Shown: in pieces, positions 40,001 to 49,574 of the stretch
Layout of the letters: every line of letters starts with the position of its first letter
How positions within the stretch are numbered: position 1 is the stretch's first letter
Assembly (NCBI GenBank): GCA_002633005.1
Contig: NMRA01000153.1
Coordinates: forward strand, 583,084 to 647,083
Reading direction: 5' to 3'
DNA length: 64,000 nt
Source of the DNA: Phoronis australis
Lineage: Eukaryota; Animalia; Phoronida
Program-made: the position numbers and the translations under genes
The notes under the pieces: generated by a model
What the model was told of the DNA's origin: nothing
Database searches by the model: none
The model's input: only the letters and a program-made list of their open reading frames with translations

Positions 40001-42775
40001 AATTAATTAAAAGTACGTCCTACAGCCAAACCATAACAAATGTCTGCAAAAGCGCTTGCTGCTGCCAGGGTGAGCCATTGTGTGTGCGGTTTTTAATTGT
40101 TATAGTATCTAGTCATTAGCATGAGCAACAACTTAACATAAATTACTGATGAATTTACAAGGATTAAGATTCTTGAAATTTCCTACGCCGTTGTATTGTT
40201 GTTCGAACTACTATGTTTGGTTGAAACCCTTCCGGTTCCGTCTCGTTGTATTGTCGTCTGCGGATTAAACACGTTTAACTTACTATTCCTTGTTTAGTTC
40301 ATCTGGCGCTATTCGTAAGTGAACAACTCCAGGGGCACAATAGAGTTGTTCAAAAGGCAGTGTAAATTTGTCTGTGTTTCCAATTGTCAGTGGAGTAAAG
40401 GCCGGTTATTGGAACACTCCCTTCACGATTGCTCTTTAACAACACTCTCGCTTTACATTGTTTAAAACATCGCCTCTTTTATGGTAAACTGCAAATAACA
40501 CATCAGTGAACTGCGGCGGATGAAACAGAAATATTCCCTATGCACGAAGTGAACATCGTATTCCCCGTGTTCCGCAATAATGCCATTGTTATTTCTGATC
40601 TCATTAGACACTTACAAGAGGTATTACAGGTTCAATAGCTAAACTCATGTATTCAGTCACCAATTGGCAACATCAAAGGGAAATTCTGGGATTCTGGACG
40701 TTTGGGTTAATAATAGGGATTAAACATTACTTTTTAGATAACTCAGTATTCCATTTTTCTGATAAAAAAATTGACCGTCAGATAAAGTCAACGCCATTTT
40801 ATCGTGTGTGATTGTTGTTGCAAATTTCGCCATCTTCATGACCAAGTCAGTCATTCGTCAGTTCCTGGGTCTGGTAGTGTGCTGTACATTTCTTGGGAGA
40901 TTCTGGAATTGTATAACGTCGTTGTGTACGAAATTTAACCACAGATGGCTTCCATAAGCACGCCTCAATCGGACTCCGATATAGATGCGGGAGAACACCA
41001 GTGCCGCGTGACGCCGTTGAATTTTTCCACTCGGACGCCGTAGAATTCTGTCAGGTCGAATAGAGTTTTACCGAGGAAAAGCATATATTTTAAGTTCAGT
41101 AAGACATCGGTAAGCAGTACAGTTAGGAATACCACAACTCGACACAACTCAATCATTCACGTTCTGCTACTACGCTCTCCCGTTTACTGTGTCCGACTCA
41201 GTGTAATGTTCATAGTGCGCACGTCATCTGTTAGAATGTTTCAAATTGTGAGAAAGTACGTGTTGTTTTTCACGCAAAATACATCAGAAACAACATGTTT
41301 GTCGAAGGGTATAATTGCGTTTTTCTTCTGTTGCCCTTATGTTATTAGTTCAAATGTACCATTTTCATTGCAAGCTTGGGACGTTAAAGATGCTATGTCT
41401 CATTAAAACCGTGAATATTTAAATTTGTAGCAAATGCCACCTTGTGACTTCCTGGAGAACTGTTTGTACAAGTATAATCAGGAAAAGAAACAATTTGTAA
41501 GGACCTTAAGTTTGTGAATGAAGATCGCAAATTATCAATGTAAAGGTCTAGTTGTCACCGTTCATGATTCTTCACACAGTTTTTGCGGCGCATTTAGTTG
41601 AATGCTTTGATAATTAAGTGTGAAAACAAACATTTCATATTGAAAAGTACGCACGGTTTGAGAAAAAGACAAAGGGGGGGGAGGGGTTGAAACAAAATTC
41701 TCCTAAATCTATATTCGGCAAAGCCGCAAATATGCCCACCACCCAGCAGCCAAGTCCAGGTACGCCTGATGTTGGAAAGTTATAGTTCGCGAGAAGAAAT
41801 CAACAAGGCAAGTCGATATAGTTTGGAGTATCGCTCATTTCCTATGTTATGTAATTGTATATGAACCAGCGACACGATCAAACAACGTAAAATGTTCATT
41901 AAAAATCCATAATTCGTATCGTTACAAATCGTCCTGATACAGTGTATGGCTGAGCCTGTCGAAGGTACTAATTGTGTAGATTGCAAATTTGAGGTCTTAG
42001 TTTCGAATACATCTTCGTGCAGCTGAGCTCAAATCCCCAACCATGTCACCGATAACGTCACGTCAGTATTTCTTCAACCCGGGAGTGCTTTGCAGTTGTC
42101 CGCCCTCCACTTGGCCGCTAAATAAGTAGAGGACTAAGCCTACAGTTTATATTACACTGCATGCGCGCACCCAGCCTAAAAATGGGGGACTCGAATTTTT
42201 GAAAACGTGGACCTTTTATTAAGATTCATTAGGTACGTTCAGAGCTATGAATTGGGCTTTCCCGAATTTTGGTAGTATTCGGCTTTATAGTGGACTTTGG
42301 TCTCGTTTTCTACTTTCATCGGAATTTTTGTTTCTCTGAGCCGAACCTTTTGCCCACTCCGCCAAATAAGGGGGGGGGGGTTCGTTCGAGCCCTCCGAGC
42401 GCCCCCCCCCCTCTTGTGTGCACACATGTACCGTACAGGGTAGACACACACACACGTAAACGCATACTCACGCACGCAACCACTGCCGACGTACTTGTGT
42501 TTTCAGAAGATGCCAAGCTGCTACATTGTGAGAAATTATCACTATGAACGCTATTATAAAAAAATACAAAGCGAAATGGGGAATATAATCTTGAACAACA
42601 TTTACTGATAAACTTTCCAGTGTATTGTTGTTTTTGTTTCCAATGGATTGGGTGTACACACTGCAAGCATAAGACATTCAATCATTCATTAATTCATTCA
42701 TTTTATAAAAGTAAGTTTCTTACCTTGACAGAGTTGAAAAACCAGCAATATCCTGATAGTTAACACGTGCTCCAT
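3651..42775 (-). CDS. Nicotinic acetylcholine receptor alpha subunit (alpha9/alpha10-like Cys-loop cation channel). 8 coding exons: join(42775-42724, 32178-32015, 19820-19776, 15494-15385, 14491-14222, 6062-5797, 5086-4893, 4010-3651), 486 aa
   Basis: Exon lengths 52+164+45+110+270+266+194+360=1461 nt form one open frame with GT-AG introns and matching phases (1,0,0,2,2,1,0). The protein has a signal peptide, RPV, WxPDIxxYN, Cys-loop [21 protein letters not shown], loop C YACCTEPY (vicinal Cys defines an alpha subunit), GEK-M2 and M4 LDRFFL. Confidence 0.95.
4893..5086 (-). CDS. nAChR coding exon 7 (M3 and start of the cytoplasmic loop)
   Basis: Acceptor tttttgtctaag|GT and donor AAA|gtaagt; encodes [27 protein letters not shown]...VPDWLK. 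Confidence 0.92.
5270..5480. repeat. Two tandem copies of a unit of about 108 bp, belonging to a dispersed repeat family
   Basis: cgaaaac..aagatcacgcaagtct...ctag.tttact.tcgagattct occurs twice. Related inverted sequence is at about 25740-25840 and 47860-47890. Confidence 0.6.
5597..5676. mobile_element. 80-bp MITE with 5-bp TSD
   Basis: TIR CATGGGCGGCG / CGCCGCCCATG with a perfect TAGGA duplication on both sides. Confidence 0.85.
5797..6062 (-). CDS. nAChR coding exon 6 (loop C, M1, M2)
   Basis: Acceptor tctttttcag|A and donor G|gtaagt; encodes [25 protein letters not shown] and [26 protein letters not shown]. Confidence 0.97.
7261..7416. mobile_element. hAT-type MITE with 8-bp TSD
   Basis: TIR CAGTGCTGTAGTGG / CCACTACAGCACTG with a perfect GCCTGGTG duplication. 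Confidence 0.88.
7553..9284. repeat. Near-identical direct duplication (7553-8117 versus 8119-9284) joined at an N; the second copy carries an extra 598 bp
   Basis: About 5 substitutions over about 535 shared bp; N at 8118. The extra segment 8151-8748 is flanked by AGC. Confidence 0.9.
7582..7640 (-). repeat. tRNA-derived SINE-like head (duplicated at about 8749-8807)
   Basis: Minus strand reads gcagagccttagtctgcgagtacaggtgtagcaaGTTCGAATCCaccctgagg, containing a Pol III B box. Confidence 0.45.
9580..9930 (+). pseudogene. Decayed hAT-superfamily transposase fragment (THAP12/PRKRIR-like central region)
   Basis: Frame from 9721 reads [45 protein letters not shown]...IPRQSRHQK, resembling the LSxxLQxxxxDI..A...I...PR segment of hAT transposases; contains a stop and frameshifts. 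Confidence 0.6.
14222..14491 (-). CDS. nAChR coding exon 5 (Cys-loop and loop B)
   Basis: Acceptor ctcttttag|C and donor AG|gtaaat; encodes [26 protein letters not shown] and GEWEI. Confidence 0.96.
14803..14947. mobile_element. MITE of the CA(G/C)TGGCGGAT family
   Basis: Ends CACTGGCGGAT / ATCCGTCTTTG; flanks TCTAT / TTTAT (4 of 5 match). Confidence 0.65.
15385..15494 (-). CDS. nAChR coding exon 4, 110 nt ([36 protein letters not shown])
   Basis: Acceptor ttgttacag| and donor |gtgagt; carries the loop A WxPDIxxYN motif. Absent from the ORF track in this frame. Confidence 0.95.
17677..17911. repeat. 85-bp tandem repeat, about 2.7 copies
   Basis: atac(g/a)atgacgtaaatta...gaaacaagtaaaata recurs at 17681, 17766 and 17851. 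Confidence 0.92.
18906..19142. mobile_element. Harbinger-like MITE, inverted diverged copy of 1806-2038
   Basis: GGGACCGTTTCAAGA...TCTTGGAAGGGACCC flanked by CAG; the internal ttaagtctaagatttgtctca is the reverse complement of sequence at about 1980-2000. Confidence 0.7.
19776..19820 (-). CDS. nAChR coding exon 3, 45 nt ([15 protein letters not shown])
   Basis: Acceptor tttttccag| and donor |gtgagt; matches the 45-nt DEKNQxLTT exon typical of nAChR genes. Absent from the ORF track. Confidence 0.92.
19875..20030. mobile_element. MITE of the CAGTGGCGGAT family with 5-bp TSD
   Basis: CAGTGGCGGAT / ATCCGCCCATG with a perfect TATGA duplication; located 55 bp from the exon 3 acceptor. Confidence 0.85.
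21640..22190 (+). repeat. Dispersed repeat of about 550 bp; inverted copy at about 33435-34000
   Basis: Shared blocks such as aaatttgtttactact, caggcacagagcagct, accctcagtcctttcattcaccga and atttcgctgtttcgatctc are reverse-complemented at 33.4-34.0 kb. Confidence 0.85.
22945..23248 (+). pseudogene. Decayed hAT transposase C-terminal dimerisation domain
   Basis: Reads ...[57 protein letters not shown]..., matching the hATC pattern (ERSFS)..KTxLRSxMxQxRxxxLA. Confidence 0.78.
23980..24126. repeat. 81-bp tandem repeat, about 1.8 copies
   Basis: aacgtgaatcggca.gcg.aatt.tgtatgcgccataattcacgttca at 23981 and 24062. Confidence 0.85.
24430..25580. mobile_element. Putative non-autonomous DNA element of about 1.15 kb with inverted ends
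   Basis: tgtgacgtcaccggaag..gggcaaaa at about 24477 is mirrored by ttttgccc..cttccggtgacgtcaca at about 25530; outer ttgcgagttt / aaactcgcaa. Confidence 0.55.
27560..28690 (+). pseudogene. Decayed Academ(X)-like DNA transposon protein, C-terminal XPG-like and Cys-rich region
   Basis: Reads ALVCLYNG...YQKFC...[11 protein letters not shown]...QWLG...DWGW...P....[17 protein letters not shown]...RCSYRKHG...AC.N. This LPPT/WGW/PAP/CxC pattern is characteristic of such elements; multiple stops and frameshifts. Confidence 0.68.
29222..29370. mobile_element. MITE of about 150 bp; direct copy at about 39449-39598
   Basis: TIR gttcagtaacgctaggacct / aggtcctagcgttactgaac; the same internal sequence occurs at 39.45-39.6 kb. 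Confidence 0.8.
31058..31309. repeat. 28-bp minisatellite, about 9 near-perfect copies
   Basis: Unit acaagtatacgttctcacgcaagtattt with period 28 (31061, 31089, 31117...); no spacers. Confidence 0.97.
32015..32178 (-). CDS. nAChR coding exon 2 (GLKNVVDS...EQRLLENI...[25 protein letters not shown])
   Basis: Acceptor tttttacag|GT and donor TTA|gtaggt; encodes the N-terminal helix, RPV and QIID motifs. Confidence 0.92.
33435..34000 (-). repeat. Inverted copy of the 21640-22190 repeat
   Basis: Reverse-complement similarity along about 550 bp. Confidence 0.85.
34628..34992. repeat. (TG)n microsatellite at 34628-34686 and imperfect (CA/CG)n at 34912-34992
   Basis: Visible dinucleotide runs in opposite orientation. 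Confidence 0.9.
35330..36100 (-). pseudogene. Decayed non-LTR retrotransposon (L2/CR1-group-like) reverse transcriptase 3' portion
   Basis: [48 protein letters not shown] resembles the RT motif (YA)DDLVL...GLQxxLNxLxxxCxxWxLxVNxxKTK followed by FRNGG. Confidence 0.78.
37091..37481. mobile_element. Foldback MITE of about 390 bp, almost fully palindromic
   Basis: catgaaggtgacttcagacttgagacagaaatttgg is mirrored by ccaaatttctgtcttaagtctgaagtcacttttatg; inner aattacgagtgcatcacagtcta / tagactgtgatgcactcgtaatt. Confidence 0.88.
39449..39598. mobile_element. MITE, copy of 29222-29370
   Basis: Same TIRs and internal sequence. Confidence 0.8.
42724..42775 (-). CDS. nAChR coding exon 1, signal peptide [17 protein letters not shown](G)
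   Basis: ATG in context atcATGG, hydrophobic core, strong donor CAAG|gtaaga, and phase 1 matching the exon 2 acceptor. It is too short to be homology-supported, so confidence is lower. Confidence 0.72.
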
Positions 42776-45700
42776 GATTAAACGGTGTCTTCAACCAGTC
42801 GTCATGTTATGATCACAACACCCTGCACAAGAACGTTATTTTTTCACATCAGGGATTCGTAACCTCAATTATCGGCGATGTTTGGTTTTCAACAGATTAA
42901 ATATTAATAGCACACCTTCGCGCTCAATGTTCGCTTTAGAACGAAGCACATCAGCGGTATGGTTAGTCTGTGCGCATCTCAAAACAGATAGTCGATGTCC
43001 TAGCAACCCGCATGCGTAGTAAACGGTGAGAAAACCGCCTCTTCAACTATTACCAGCAGATGCCACTTGGATACAACGTAAACTCAATTTACGTCATCTG
43101 ACTGAATTAACACATTTTTTTGAAAATTGGCACTAAAATTCATGACTTAATTGTCATGAGCGCGACATTGCGGTGTCTAAATTAGTTAGTTTCGGTCCTA
43201 CTGCAATCAAGTTGAATCAATTCCATATGGATTTTTGTAATATTTATTATCAACGTGGCTAATGAATTTTATCTACACAAGGCTTAGTTCTGGTGACCTG
43301 CACGTGATCTGATCTTTAAAATTTTTTAGGGAAATACGTATACACACTACTTAATTCTGAACTAATAGTAGACCGAACTATGCAATGTATTCTTGTACCG
43401 ATGCAGAGATGGCGTAGTCTCAATAAATGTTCCTTTATATAAAAGCATTGATTGCAAAATAAGATTTCGGTATCCAAAGTGCAAATTGGACAACTAGGCA
43501 ACTGTCAATAGAAAGTGTGAATAAAAGTAAGGGCCCGCTAAAGAAAAATGTAGGCATTTCTTGTTTAAAAGCAACATGCCATTCGCTTGCTTCTTCTTGT
43601 GACAAACACCTTTTTAATAGTCTTCTCGTTGACAAGTTACTTTATGGAGGAACTGCAAACAAATGCATTTATCTTCAAAAGTACGGTCGATGATAACTTA
43701 GTGTCATTAAGAAAGGTATGGTTTGTAAAACAATGTCTTCATAATACAAATGCTCTTGTCTCAAACTGAAAATATTACGAACTCGGTTTTTTCTGAGAGT
43801 TTCACTGTCCATAGTCAAACAGGCTACCCTAAAAGTAAAACCCACCGTCCATCGCATTACGTTGATGGAATCCAATGCTACGCAGACAATAGAAAAATAT
43901 TGATACAAGTCTTCGTCACTCGATGCACAACTTGATGTCCTTGAAACGCTACTTGATCCCCTTTTATAGACTGTTGGTTGCCATTCCAACCCGGGGGGTA
44001 CTCGACTACATTCTTGACGAGGCGTGTCGCCGGACAATAAAAGTATCCGTCCTTTTAGAAAGTTCCCATAACATTACCCTTCTGTAGGATTTTATAAATG
44101 GTTGTTTATCAAGTTAATCTTAAATAAACCTTTCTTCTTTTTAACAAAACCTAAATAAAATATAAAACACTTATCCTAGCAACCTCTTGCAAAAACGAAC
44201 TCATTTGCAGAATTTTTACCCAAAAGTGAACATTTTCGTAAAGAAACTAAGTTGTCGTGAAAAAGAAAACGCACATGTGAGGAAACACCGGCGGATCTAC
44301 GGTGTTTTAAATGACAATTTTCGAATGAGAAATGTCCTCGTAGTCCCCAAAAACGGCATGCCAACGATCATCTGTCTGTGCTGATCCCTGCCTTGGTTGC
44401 CTAATTCTCCCTATTCATGCCTTGTCCATGTAAGTAATTCCCGGGCGCTAGAACAACTTGACCAAATAATGAGACCCTATTGGTTAAATACATCTCATAT
44501 TGCCTTTTCAATACATAATTGTTTGGTTCTAAAAAATTCTGCAGAAATGCTACATGTTTTGATGGGAAGTCAATTGTCACCTGAGTCAGGTTCAGCCAGA
44601 TGACCGGCATATGAGTAAATACATTTCACGCCTTGCATCCAAATATACATTGAAAAAATTTACCAGCCGAAAATTTCTGATATGTTTTTATTTTAACTGT
44701 GAATGCAAAACATGACATTTATCCTATACACGTTGAATCAGTAGAGTGCAATACTGCCATGTAACAATGATTTCGGTATTCAGCTCCCGCACTACTTCAA
44801 CAATGACCTCTGACATGGAAAGTTCAAAAGGTAGATCAATGTCGACCCAACGTCGTTAGCCGGTTCGATCATCAAACTTTCCGAAAACAGTTTAAAGTAA
44901 TACAATTGCAGGAGTGTAAGTAACACTCAACATGCAATCAGGTCCCAGTATTAACATCTAGAACAGGACTGTTAATTACATGACTGCTCTGTCACAGTTT
45001 TCTACTACTAAATATTTTATCGTCTGCAGCTCAGGCGCCGATTCCTGATTAACTACTATATCAAATATTGTTGTTTTTTAACTATTTTCAGGAGATGTTA
45101 CAAGTTCAATGCACAGTTACCGTTGTTCTCGTTTTTGTTATCTATTTTCAAGTAATAAATCACTACATTTAAAACTGTTTCTTTTACTAGAGAAAACTTG
45201 CATCATAACACGCAAGTACATAGATATAGGATGTGATCCGCCACGTGAACAGTCTGAGTAAAGTAGTTTAAAAATCTGCCTAAAAATGAAAGAAACTTAA
45301 GAATTGGAAGCGCATGGGATAAAAACAAAACGTTCCTCAATTGGCGAAGATGAAGTAATATCCCACTCGACATTATTCCGCGTATCGTGGGGATATTACT
45401 TCATCTATGCCACTCTCGGTACGTTTTGTGTATTTATTTACTCACATGAGTGGACAAAGCTACCACTTTCTTTACGAACAGCAGGTCCTAACACCCACTA
45501 ACGGGGTCTTTTCAATCACCTGACGGGGTTAGCCGTCTGATATCGGCGCTTACAACAAACTTTTCTCCGTTGTAATTCCACGTTTTGTTGGAAGCGATCA
45601 TTTTGATATGATTCGAGAGAAGGCCAGTTCCTATATCACATCGTTATATATCAGCGACTATTTCTTCATGGCCTGTGTCATAAACTATCTTCACATTGAG

Positions 45701-45814
45701 TTCTTACCTAGGGAGTACTGACAGTGTGTGAAACTATTGTTGATAGGCGGCAAGGGTCATTTGGTGAAGCGCCAAAGGGTTTTTAAACGAACACCTTTTT
45801 GCGCGTTGAAATGT

Positions 45815-46060
45815 GCTTAATCAACGCGTAGTTTTGCTTAATCAACGCGTAGTTTTGCTTAATCAACGCGTAGTTTTGCTTAACCAACGCTTAGTTTTGC
45901 TTAATCAACACGTAGTTTTGCTTAATCAACGCGCAGTTTTGTTTAATCAACGCGTAGTTTTGCTTAACCAACGTGTAGTTTTGCTTAATCAACGCGTAGT
46001 TTTGCTTAATCAACGCGTAGTTTTGTTTAATCAACGCGTAGTTTTGCTTAACTAACGCGC
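45815..46060. repeat. 21-bp minisatellite, about 11.5 copies
   Basis: Unit gcttaatcaacgcgtagtttt; produces the spurious (VVLLNQR)n ORF. Confidence 0.97.
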
Positions 46061-47258
46061 CGAATTAGTTCTTGAACAACCATCGTTCTGCTCTTACATA
46101 CACATAACTATTAATTGCTGACATAATTTCTACAATTTATCTCTACACTATTCATAATTCCTTGGCAAACCTTTTCCCAACAATTGGGTAGCGGGCGCGT
46201 AAGATCAAATATATGTCTCAAGTCTCAGTCACTTTCTCAAACAGACCCCGGCACAAGCCACGTAAATGAACTTCGTGTTATTCAAAATTTAAGTAACGAC
46301 CGTCTTATCCAAGAGTGGACTTATATCCTTTGATGACACGGGCCCCTAAAGGGAGATGTACAAATTAATTTCCTTAAAATAAACAACACATGGTTTTACG
46401 CAGCTGAAATTGAAAGAGGAAAATCAATCCCTTTCTTTGTTACACCTGACGCTGACGTATCACGTTGTTGGCCAAATGCGTGAAGCTAGTCGTAAATCCA
46501 ACAGGATATGGTCCGTTGAATATAATTTCCATATCATCCTGATGATGACAGAATCAATAATTTAAAGCTCGACATGCTATGTAGTTAAACAGTACAAAGG
46601 ATCACTGAAGCATCGTTAGAAACTCTACAGCGAGCTCAGTAATATAAGGAATAAACGGGTACAATTTAATAAAACATTACTTGCAGTTTCAGATACTGGC
46701 AAATGGAACTCTTTCCTCCTGTTGTTGTTGACGTCTGCTGATCGACAAACGAAGTATTGTTCAAAATAAAGGTAGTCCATGCGCTCATGCAAAAATCGGT
46801 CATGACATGTTTACCGTGAAACTCAATCAACCTTATCAATCATATTTTCTGACAGGAGGTATATTGCCGTTTTGTCGATTTTTTAATGCATCTCTGAAAA
46901 TCTTTTTGTTTAGATTAATTCTCGCATTTGAAAATTTCTACAGAAAACGAACAAAACCAACTAAAAATTGAACAATTACTACTACATTCACGTTGTTTTT
47001 TCCTATAAAAAATCCATTGATGGTAAAAATACAATTTTGCTTCCGCCACCTTTTCCGACGCCGTTTTCAAACAATTATTCACGAGCTGGCAGATGCGTCC
47101 AGCCTAGTGACTAGTCCGAAGAAAGGAACGAGTTAAATCATGTGCTAGCCCAGCTTCCGTGTTCAGTTTTGTCTTTATTGTACGGTAGAAGGCAAGGGTT
47201 CTCTTCTAATGAGGTAGGTGAATGCCGCCGCATATTCAAAATATAAACCAATGCAATA

Positions 47259-47409
47259 AATGGACGGCACAGCACTGAAAAAACTTGGGGGGGCTATAGC
47301 ACCCCAGCCCCCCTGTGGTGCACCTCCCATAGACCATGGGCGGCGCAGCACTGAAAAAAGAGGGGGACCTATAGCCCCCATCCCAGCCCCCTATGGTTCG
47401 CCGCCCATG
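47259..47409. mobile_element. Tandem dimer of the CATGGGCGGCG MITE (relative of 5597-5676)
   Basis: An intact unit at 47335-47409 is preceded by a degenerate unit; outer flanks CAATA / TAATA. Confidence 0.7.
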
Positions 47410-49171
47410 TAATACGAGCGCAATTAAGAAAATGAGTACCGGGGACAAGACCAGCATACTGCTAAAGTATGGCCATGGCCTGCTAGGCCATATTGCTCAA
47501 CCGAGACAATTACATTCAATCAATGTACATTAATTACCCACTCGAGACAACAACCTCGAAGTCAAATTGCCTACCAGAGACGACCTGATACCGTCGCAAT
47601 GCCAAATTACTCACCCGAGACGTACCCCTGAGAAGAGGAAATGCTCACACGATTACGTAGGGACGCCTCTACTATAGGAATCTTCCTGGCAGATATGTTT
47701 TTCGAAAAGCTGAACTTCGTCCTTGGTTGATCATACCTTTTGTTGTCAAGTAAACATTAACATCGGTTGTATATTTTATATAACGCCGGTGGGTTCCGAA
47801 GACACGAAGCACTTGGGAGTAAACTAATAAGACCACGTGTTTTTCATGTAATACATGGCGACATCTCGCGATGACTTGCGTGATCTGGCTGTTCTTACTC
47901 TAAGGAAGGCAACCCTAAATGGTGTGAGCTCTACAGACTTCATAGAAAAGCAAAATAGACGTTCCTACCTAATCAAACAGATGCAAATATAAGAAGCGCA
48001 GATATGCATACTTTTTCATAGGGATGGTGAATTTGAGGCTACGATAATACTCGATGTGTCCCGGAAGATGCACTATTGCACTCATCTACCGATACCAATC
48101 GTTAGTACTTAAAGGATAACGCTTTCTGTCTGGGTGAGGCTTTTGCCAAGTTATCATACTTTAGTTATTCTAAAATGTACAAAAAGCGTTTTATTCCATT
48201 AAAAATTTAATCAAGCTGTGGGCAAGTCGCACAAATTAATGCAAACATTGTTTGTCTGGTCGGCAGAATTGCTTTTTAATTATCCGTTTCTGACATCACT
48301 GCTCAAGCCAAATGGCAGACTTCTCGGAAACTGAGCTCAGTTATCAGAAGGGAAACACGAGAGAACTATCCTACATTCCGTGGACCAAGAATATGACAAA
48401 GGAAACTAGAGTGATCACCTGTTCGCTTTTAATACATGGTGACATCTCACGAAATCTTGCGGCAACTCATGTGACAGCGCCGTTTTTGAATTCTTAATTT
48501 TAAGTCGGCCAGTTCCAGTAAAATCTGAAGCGTTTTCTTGGGTTGCTGATGGTTTCGATGTTCTTGTTCGTAACGGAAATGAAATCCTATCATGGTTAAG
48601 AATGAGACCGATTTTAGAGGCTAAAAGGCCTTATTCGATTATTAGATTTTGGCGGAATGCAGCTGTAACTACGCCATAACATTGGAAATGATATTCAAGA
48701 AATTTATAGAAGTGAACATTGAGTATTCAAGCATATGTCCAAAAATAATCAATAAGTAGGTAGAATATCAGTTACACAGCAAGCAAACAGTTTTAACCAA
48801 GATTTACATTATTATCGATGCTGTTTCGATCGTTTAATTTTTGTGAGTTTTAAACAGACGCAACGCCTTCATGTGAGAGACACTCAACGTCTATTCATAA
48901 AAACCAAAGAGTGAGTTGTTTGAACAACATATGTAGATATATTATGTACGCAAATAGTCAAATGAGTACTGAAAAGTCATTGACTTAAAGAATTAGATAC
49001 ACGGCACATTACAAATCTATTTCTGCTCGGCTAAATGATCAGTGATAACGCTTAGAACGCCAATCCGACGAGTTAGGGCGAAAAATGGTCACATCGACCG
49101 ACAGAGAGTGTGATGACGGGGAGGTTATATTGAACGTTGACATTCAAGATCCTGTATTTATAAGGTTAAAA

Positions 49172-49570
49172 AGCTTTATACCACAATATTAGCCTCGAAT
49201 GGCAGATACAACCGTGTAATAACCCATAAAGTTATCTCACTAGTGAGATAACATTTTGGCGGGAAACCGAGGCCGGATTCGAAATCGGGCCTCAAGAGTT
49301 TCGAGTCGCCGAATTTACCACTACACCACTCAGCGGCTGACGTCATCGAACGTGAAAATAGAATACTTAATTGAGCACGCGCAACAATTGCATGTTCAGC
49401 AAAGGGCATTGCACCGACATTTATACACTATGAAAAATGAGACGCATAATTTCCATAAAAACGATATTTTAATTCAGTGAAATTTTTCTCTCGCGCTCTC
49501 TCACTTGTAAATCACCGATCTCCAATTAGAATACAGGTATCGTGTCATCGGGATAGTTTGACTTGAGCAT
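49172..49570 (-). repeat. Repeat of about 400 bp with an internal tRNA-like module; inverted copy at 52245-52647
   Basis: Colinear reverse-complement similarity, e.g. agataacattttggcgggaaaccgaggccgg versus ccggcctcggtttcccgccaaaatgttatct. Confidence 0.88.
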
Positions 49571-49574
49571 TATA

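Noticed and set aside
45813-46055. ORF encoding (VVLLNQR)n
   Set aside because: It is a by-product of a 21-bp minisatellite, with no ATG start and no splice context.
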